From an uncultured Eubacteriales bacterium (GTDB lineage Bacteria > Bacillota > Clostridia > TANB77 > UBA1234): a stretch of DNA of 64,000 bases. The stretch covers positions 156,125 to 220,124 of the forward strand of contig CAZEVD010000001.1 of assembly GCA_964515475.1 (NCBI GenBank). Reading direction: 5' to 3'. The notes under the pieces are model-generated. The model made no database searches. It had not been told where the DNA came from and was given only the letters and a program-made list of their open reading frames with translations. A program made the translations under genes and the position numbers. This document shows, one piece after another, positions 59,616 to 64,000 of the stretch (position 1 is its first letter; every line of letters begins with the position of its first letter).

Positions 59616-60563
59616 ATGAAAAAATTAATATGGATTTTAGTTATGGCAATGATTATTGGAATTGTTGTTGGATGTACACAAAATATTTCGGAAAATGAGC
59701 AAGTAGAAAATAACAATTTGAGTGGAGAAACGCAAAGTGGAGAAATAGAAGAAGATAACGAATTAGAATCGGGTTCGGAACTTGAAGTTGAGCTTAGTGG
59801 TGATGAGATTCAAGAAACTGAAGAAGTGATTGAAGATGTAGAGGTAACTCCGACTGTTTCAACAGATCTTCCTAACACAGTTTGTGCGTGGGGATTTGTT
59901 CGAAAGAAAGATGAAGTTCAACCAGAAATATACGGTCCTTATTCTAAGGTGTTAGATGCATATAATGGTATATACATAGGAAATAAAGACGAAAAGAAGA
60001 TTTATCTTACATTTGATGAAGGATATGAAAATGGATATTCTGATGATATATTAGATACTTTAAAAGAAAAAAATGTTAAAGCTACTTTTTTTGTTACGAT
60101 GCCATATGTGAAACAAAATAAAGAATTAATACAAAGAATGATTGATGAAGGGCATATTGTTGGAAATCACACTGTAAATCATCCAAGTATGCCAGAAGTA
60201 ACGGATGATGAAAAACTAAAAAAAGAAGTTATGGATCTACATGATTATATGGTAGAAAACTTTAATTATGAAATGACATACTTAAGACCACCAAAGGGAG
60301 AATATAGTGAAAGAACAGTGAAGATTTGTAAAGATTTAGGTTACACACATGTACTTTGGAGTAGCGCATATGATGATTGGGATGTAAATAATCAAAAAGG
60401 AAATGAGTATGCGAAGAAAATGATTTTGAATTATTCGCATAATGGTTGCGTTATGTTATTACATGCGGTTTCAAAAGATAATACAGAAGTTTTAGGTGAT
60501 ATCATTGATGAATTAAGAAATAGAGAGTATGAATTTTGCTCTCTAGACGATTTTGAAAGGTAA
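59616..60563 (+). CDS. Polysaccharide deacetylase (NodB domain) lipoprotein with acidic SGE-type linker
   Basis: Lipobox IVVGC, NodB motifs TFDEGY / HTVNHP; start 59616. Confidence 0.8.
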   Translation: MKKLIWILVMAMIIGIVVGCTQNISENEQVENNNLSGETQSGEIEEDNELESGSELEVELSGDEIQETEEVIEDVEVTPTVSTDLPNTVCAWGFVRKKDEVQPEIYGPYSKVLDAYNGIYIGNKDEKKIYLTFDEGYENGYSDDILDTLKEKNVKATFFVTMPYVKQNKELIQRMIDEGHIVGNHTVNHPSMPEVTDDEKLKKEVMDLHDYMVENFNYEMTYLRPPKGEYSERTVKICKDLGYTHVLWSSAYDDWDVNNQKGNEYAKKMILNYSHNGCVMLLHAVSKDNTEVLGDIIDELRNREYEFCSLDDFER

Positions 60564-60569
60564 TCATTA

Positions 60570-60827
60570 ATGAAGAAAAATAGTATTAGAGAGAAAATAG
60601 AAAAAGCTTTGGAAATGCCTCTTGAATTATTAAAGAACATTCCCAGAGTTACATTGATAGGAAACGAAAATGTCCTTATAGAAAACTATAAATCAATAGT
60701 TGAATATGAAAAAAATATTATTAGAGTAAGTAACAATGTTTGTATTTTGGGAGAAGAATTAAATGTTTCTGAACTTAGTGCAGAAGAATTAATAATAACT
60801 GGTAAAATAAAATCTATAGAAGTTTAA
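60570..60827 (+). CDS. yqfC: Sporulation protein YqfC (YabP family)
   Basis: YabP/YqfC conserved core (VTLIGNENVLIENYKSIVEYE). Confidence 0.8.
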   Translation: MKKNSIREKIEKALEMPLELLKNIPRVTLIGNENVLIENYKSIVEYEKNIIRVSNNVCILGEELNVSELSAEELIITGKIKSIEV

Positions 60828-60881
60828 GGACGGGACTTAGCGTAAGCTAAGTCCTTTTATATTAAATTTAGGAGGGGTAAG

Positions 60882-62064
60882 ATGTTTCTACAAAATACAT
60901 ATAAATTTTTAAGAGGTTTTATAAAAGTTAGAGCAGAAGGATATTTTGTAGAACGATTACTTAATTTATGTCAAACTAGGGATATAGAAACGTGGGACGT
61001 TTTACTAAGAGAAAGTGGTACGATTGAATTTAAGATGAGAGCCAGAGATTATAGAAAACTTAAAGAAATTGCTAAAATTACTCACTCTGAAATTGAAATA
61101 CTTGGTGAAGAGGGGGCTTGGAATTTTCTAAAAAAATACAAAAAAAGAAAAATATTTTTGATGGCAGGAGTATTTGCCGTTATAACTATTTACTTGTTGA
61201 GTTTGCGAATTTGGAGTATTGAAATTATTGGCAATGAGAAAATAAGTATAGCAGACATAAAAACAGAGTTACATAATGAAGGAATTACAGTAGGTGTAAC
61301 AAAAGATAAATTAGACTTTAATACCGTAAAAAGTAATATTTATTTGAGACGAAATGATATTCTTTGGCTAGGTTTTAAAGTGAATGGGACAAAAATGATT
61401 GTTGAAGTGTTAGAAAGAAAAAATCCAATAAAAGATGATTTTCAAAACGTTCCATGCAATATAATTGCAGAAAAAGATGGAATAATAGATAGTATTTATG
61501 TAAAACAAGGAACGAAGTGTGTTGATGTTGGGGATATGGTTTTTAAAGGTGATGTTATCGTAAGTGGGATTGTTACAAGTGAGTATTCAGATGCAAAAGA
61601 AGTGTCGGCAAATGCGGAAATAACAATGAAAACTTGGTATACTGAAAAAGTAGCGATTCCTTATGAAAAAAGTATTATTGTAAAGTCGGGAAATATCGAT
61701 TATGACTATAAATTAAAGGTCCGGAAATTGTGTGATAAATTTATTAAATAATAGTACAAAATTTGAAAAGTATGATACAATTAACAGTGTGAAAAGACTT
61801 GTTTTATTTGGAAAATATGAATTACCGATTAAATTAGAAACGCTAAAAAAGGAAGAATATTTTTTAGATGAAATAAGTTACACAAAAGATCAAGCTGAAA
61901 TCATTGCAAAAACTACAGTTTTGCAACTTGTAAAGGGTAATATTCCTGATGATAGCAAAATTGTTAATAGCGAGTATAATGTCTATGAAGATGAAAATGA
62001 AGTTATTGTTAGGGTTACTGTCGAATGCATTGAAGAAGTTGGTCAAAAAGAGGAAATAAAATAA
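60882..62064 (+). pseudogene. yqfD: Sporulation protein YqfD split by +1 frameshift near 61717-61748 (ORFs 60882-61751 and 61732-62064)
   Basis: Combined ~399 aa equals YqfD; N-terminal part has YqfD TM and core; C-terminal part continues in +1 frame. Confidence 0.65.
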
Positions 62065-62099
62065 ATGTTATGTAACCTCGAAAAGGTTGGAGGGATAAA

Positions 62100-63308
62100 A
62101 TGGCAGAGTTACAATTAAAAGTAGTAAAAAACACAGGAGATGGTATTTGGGGGAAAGCTCTAAATAATTTTAATAAGGTATTATATTCATCTGGTGGAGG
62201 ACTTTTTAATATTGTAATAAATTCAAAGAGAAATGCTTTAATAAAAGCTAACGCAAATTATGTAGAGATGATAAATATACCTAATGAGAAAAAGCGTAAC
62301 ACAATAGCTGACAAATATGAAAAAGCTTATGATGCGTATTTAACATCGTTAGAAAAGTTTATAACGGATACTGTATATACAAGAGTTCAAAAACGTGTTA
62401 GCAATTTGAAAGAAAATAGATTGCTTTCAGAATATTATGAAGTTAATGCTTTAAAAGGAACTGAATATTGCGAATACAAATATAGAAGACAAATAATGTT
62501 ACTCCAAATGGATTGGGAAAATGTTTTGACATCTAAATCAGAATTATTTGTTGCTAAATATAAAAAATTCTACGTAGATGTTGTTGACCAATTGTATAAA
62601 GGATTAATGAGACATTATTCTGTTAAACTAACAAGTAAAGCAGATGATAAAACTCAAACATTCCAAAAGATTTATGATTCTGTTGAAGATTATATAAAAC
62701 TTGTTTTGCCATATCTAGAAGAAACAGAAGGCAGAAAGCAAGTTCTTGAAAGTTATAAAACTTATATCCAAACTATAGACATGTATGCAAAAAAAGAAAT
62801 TAATTCTATAAAGAGAGAATTGTATTTACTTGAATTAGGAATTGGTTTATTTACATACTGTTTACCTATTCTTGCGACAGAAGAATGTTATTTGGATTTG
62901 ATTTCGCGTGCACGTATGGGAATTCCTAATATATACATCACAGCTGATAAGTTTGAAATGTATAATTTGTTATTAGATTCAATTGAAAATTATGCTTACA
63001 ATGTCTTAGCCAATAGAAATATGTGGGATACAGAAGAAGACAAAGAAGAGTTTAAAGTTTTTTGGGACAAGTTTGCTGAATATAAAAAATTACAAAGAAT
63101 TGATTTAAATGAATATAAGAGAGTTAGAGAAATTTTATTTATCAATTGGGAAAAGAAAATTCTTGATAAAGAAAATATTGAAGCAAGAGAACTTCGTAAT
63201 TATTACAGAGAAAGAATGAAGACGATTGGTGGTCTTAGAAAGTTTAAGAATTCTTTTAGAAAATTAGAAGGTAAATGGAAGACTAGAAGAAGATGTGAAG
63301 CATCTTAG
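62100..63308 (+). CDS. Hypothetical 402-aa protein occupying the position usually held by phoH between yqfD and ybeY
   Basis: No P-loop, no recognised domain. Confidence 0.4.
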   Translation: MAELQLKVVKNTGDGIWGKALNNFNKVLYSSGGGLFNIVINSKRNALIKANANYVEMINIPNEKKRNTIADKYEKAYDAYLTSLEKFITDTVYTRVQKRVSNLKENRLLSEYYEVNALKGTEYCEYKYRRQIMLLQMDWENVLTSKSELFVAKYKKFYVDVVDQLYKGLMRHYSVKLTSKADDKTQTFQKIYDSVEDYIKLVLPYLEETEGRKQVLESYKTYIQTIDMYAKKEINSIKRELYLLELGIGLFTYCLPILATEECYLDLISRARMGIPNIYITADKFEMYNLLLDSIENYAYNVLANRNMWDTEEDKEEFKVFWDKFAEYKKLQRIDLNEYKRVREILFINWEKKILDKENIEARELRNYYRERMKTIGGLRKFKNSFRKLEGKWKTRRRCEAS

Positions 63309-63325
63309 AAAATGTGGAGAAGTAT

Positions 63326-63790
63326 ATGGTAGAGATATATTATGATGATGGAATTCAAAAGATTAAAGAAGATGAAATCTTAGAAACAGTTGTAAAAACA
63401 GTTTTGAATATGGAAGGCATAAAAAAGAATGTGAATGTTTATATCACGTTAACAGATAATGCTAATATTCAAGTAATTAATGCTGAGCATAGAAACATAG
63501 ATAAACCAACTGATGTATTGTCTTTTCCAATGTTTGAAAGAGAAGAAATTGATGGTTTGAAGGAAGAGGATGAGCAAGAAGATATTCTGGGAGATATTAT
63601 TGTTTCTCTTGAAAAGGTTAAAGAACAAGCAGATGAATACGGCCATTCTTTTAAAAGAGAACTTGCTTACCTAGTGACTCACGGAATGCTTCATTTGCTT
63701 GGCTACGATCACATGATTGAAGAAGAAAAAGTTGTGATGAGAAAAAGAGAAGAAGAAATATTAGGAGCTTTAGAAATAACACGAGATTAA
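63326..63790 (+). CDS. ybeY: Endoribonuclease YbeY
   Basis: HGMLHLLGYDH zinc motif. Confidence 0.9.
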   Translation: MVEIYYDDGIQKIKEDEILETVVKTVLNMEGIKKNVNVYITLTDNANIQVINAEHRNIDKPTDVLSFPMFEREEIDGLKEEDEQEDILGDIIVSLEKVKEQADEYGHSFKRELAYLVTHGMLHLLGYDHMIEEEKVVMRKREEEILGALEITRD

Positions 63791-63823
63791 CTTATGATAA
63801 GGAGTGGGATTATATGGATAGAA

Positions 63824-64000
63824 AAGCTAGAATTGGTATAGCCTTTTTAATAACAGTTATTATTTGTGCAGGACTTATCGCGGGAGCTTATTCTACTAAG
63901 AAAAATGAAACGATAAATAACGATATAGAAAGCGGAGATGTTATTTCGGGCGAAGTTAGTGGAGATATCGAAAGCGGAGATATCGAAAGTGGCGATGAAG
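63824..64000 (+). CDS. N-terminal fragment of membrane-anchored protein with SGD/SGE-I-E tandem repeats (continues beyond window)
   Basis: RBS aaggagtggg; TM helix then ESGDVISGEVSGDIESGDIESGDE encoded by 18-nt tandem repeats. Confidence 0.4.

Noticed and set aside
1-64000. CRISPR arrays, integrases/transposases, complete prophage or IS elements
   Set aside because: No short direct-repeat/spacer arrays, no recombinase-like ORFs; only a tRNA 3'-end fragment and palindromic repeats were found.

Overview
AT-rich (about 30% GC) Firmicutes chromosome segment of Clostridia type, plus-strand dominated. Housekeeping backbone: gpmI 3' end, mutS2, cdaA, prs, rpsB-tsf, pyrH-frr-uppS-cdsA-rseP, priA-def-fmt, asp23/amaP, nusB-xseA-xseB, efp, miaB, ybeY. 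Many sporulation genes: spoVAEB-like, sleB, spoIIIAA-AH, yqfC-yqfD. A surface-glycan cluster at 24.9-34.7 kb has a Wzy_C/O-antigen-ligase-like protein, PglF/PglE/PglC/PglD-like bacillosamine-type genes, a GT4 and a UbiA(DPPR-synthase-like)-HAD-epimerase triad. Two tRNAs are present: Leu-TAA, and Glu-CTC with a partial 3'-end duplicate next to it. Several short GC-elevated islets carry accessory or unknown genes: an isochorismatase plus a non-canonical beta-class MTase, a histidine phosphatase, a DUF4435/Toprim-like protein, and paralogous 169-aa genes with conserved 5'UTR palindromes. Most notable: (i) a ~600-nt ORF-free structured-RNA candidate between xseB and a 4-TM protein, the canonical OLE RNA/oapA context; (ii) a possible O-linked glycosylation system whose Wzy_C protein and two other envelope proteins share SGE/SGD acidic repeats; (iii) small Cys-rich membrane peptides with sigK-like promoters; (iv) frameshifts in four genes, three of them sporulation genes; (v) a ~100-bp nested palindromic repeat element present twice. 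No CRISPR array or complete mobile element was seen.
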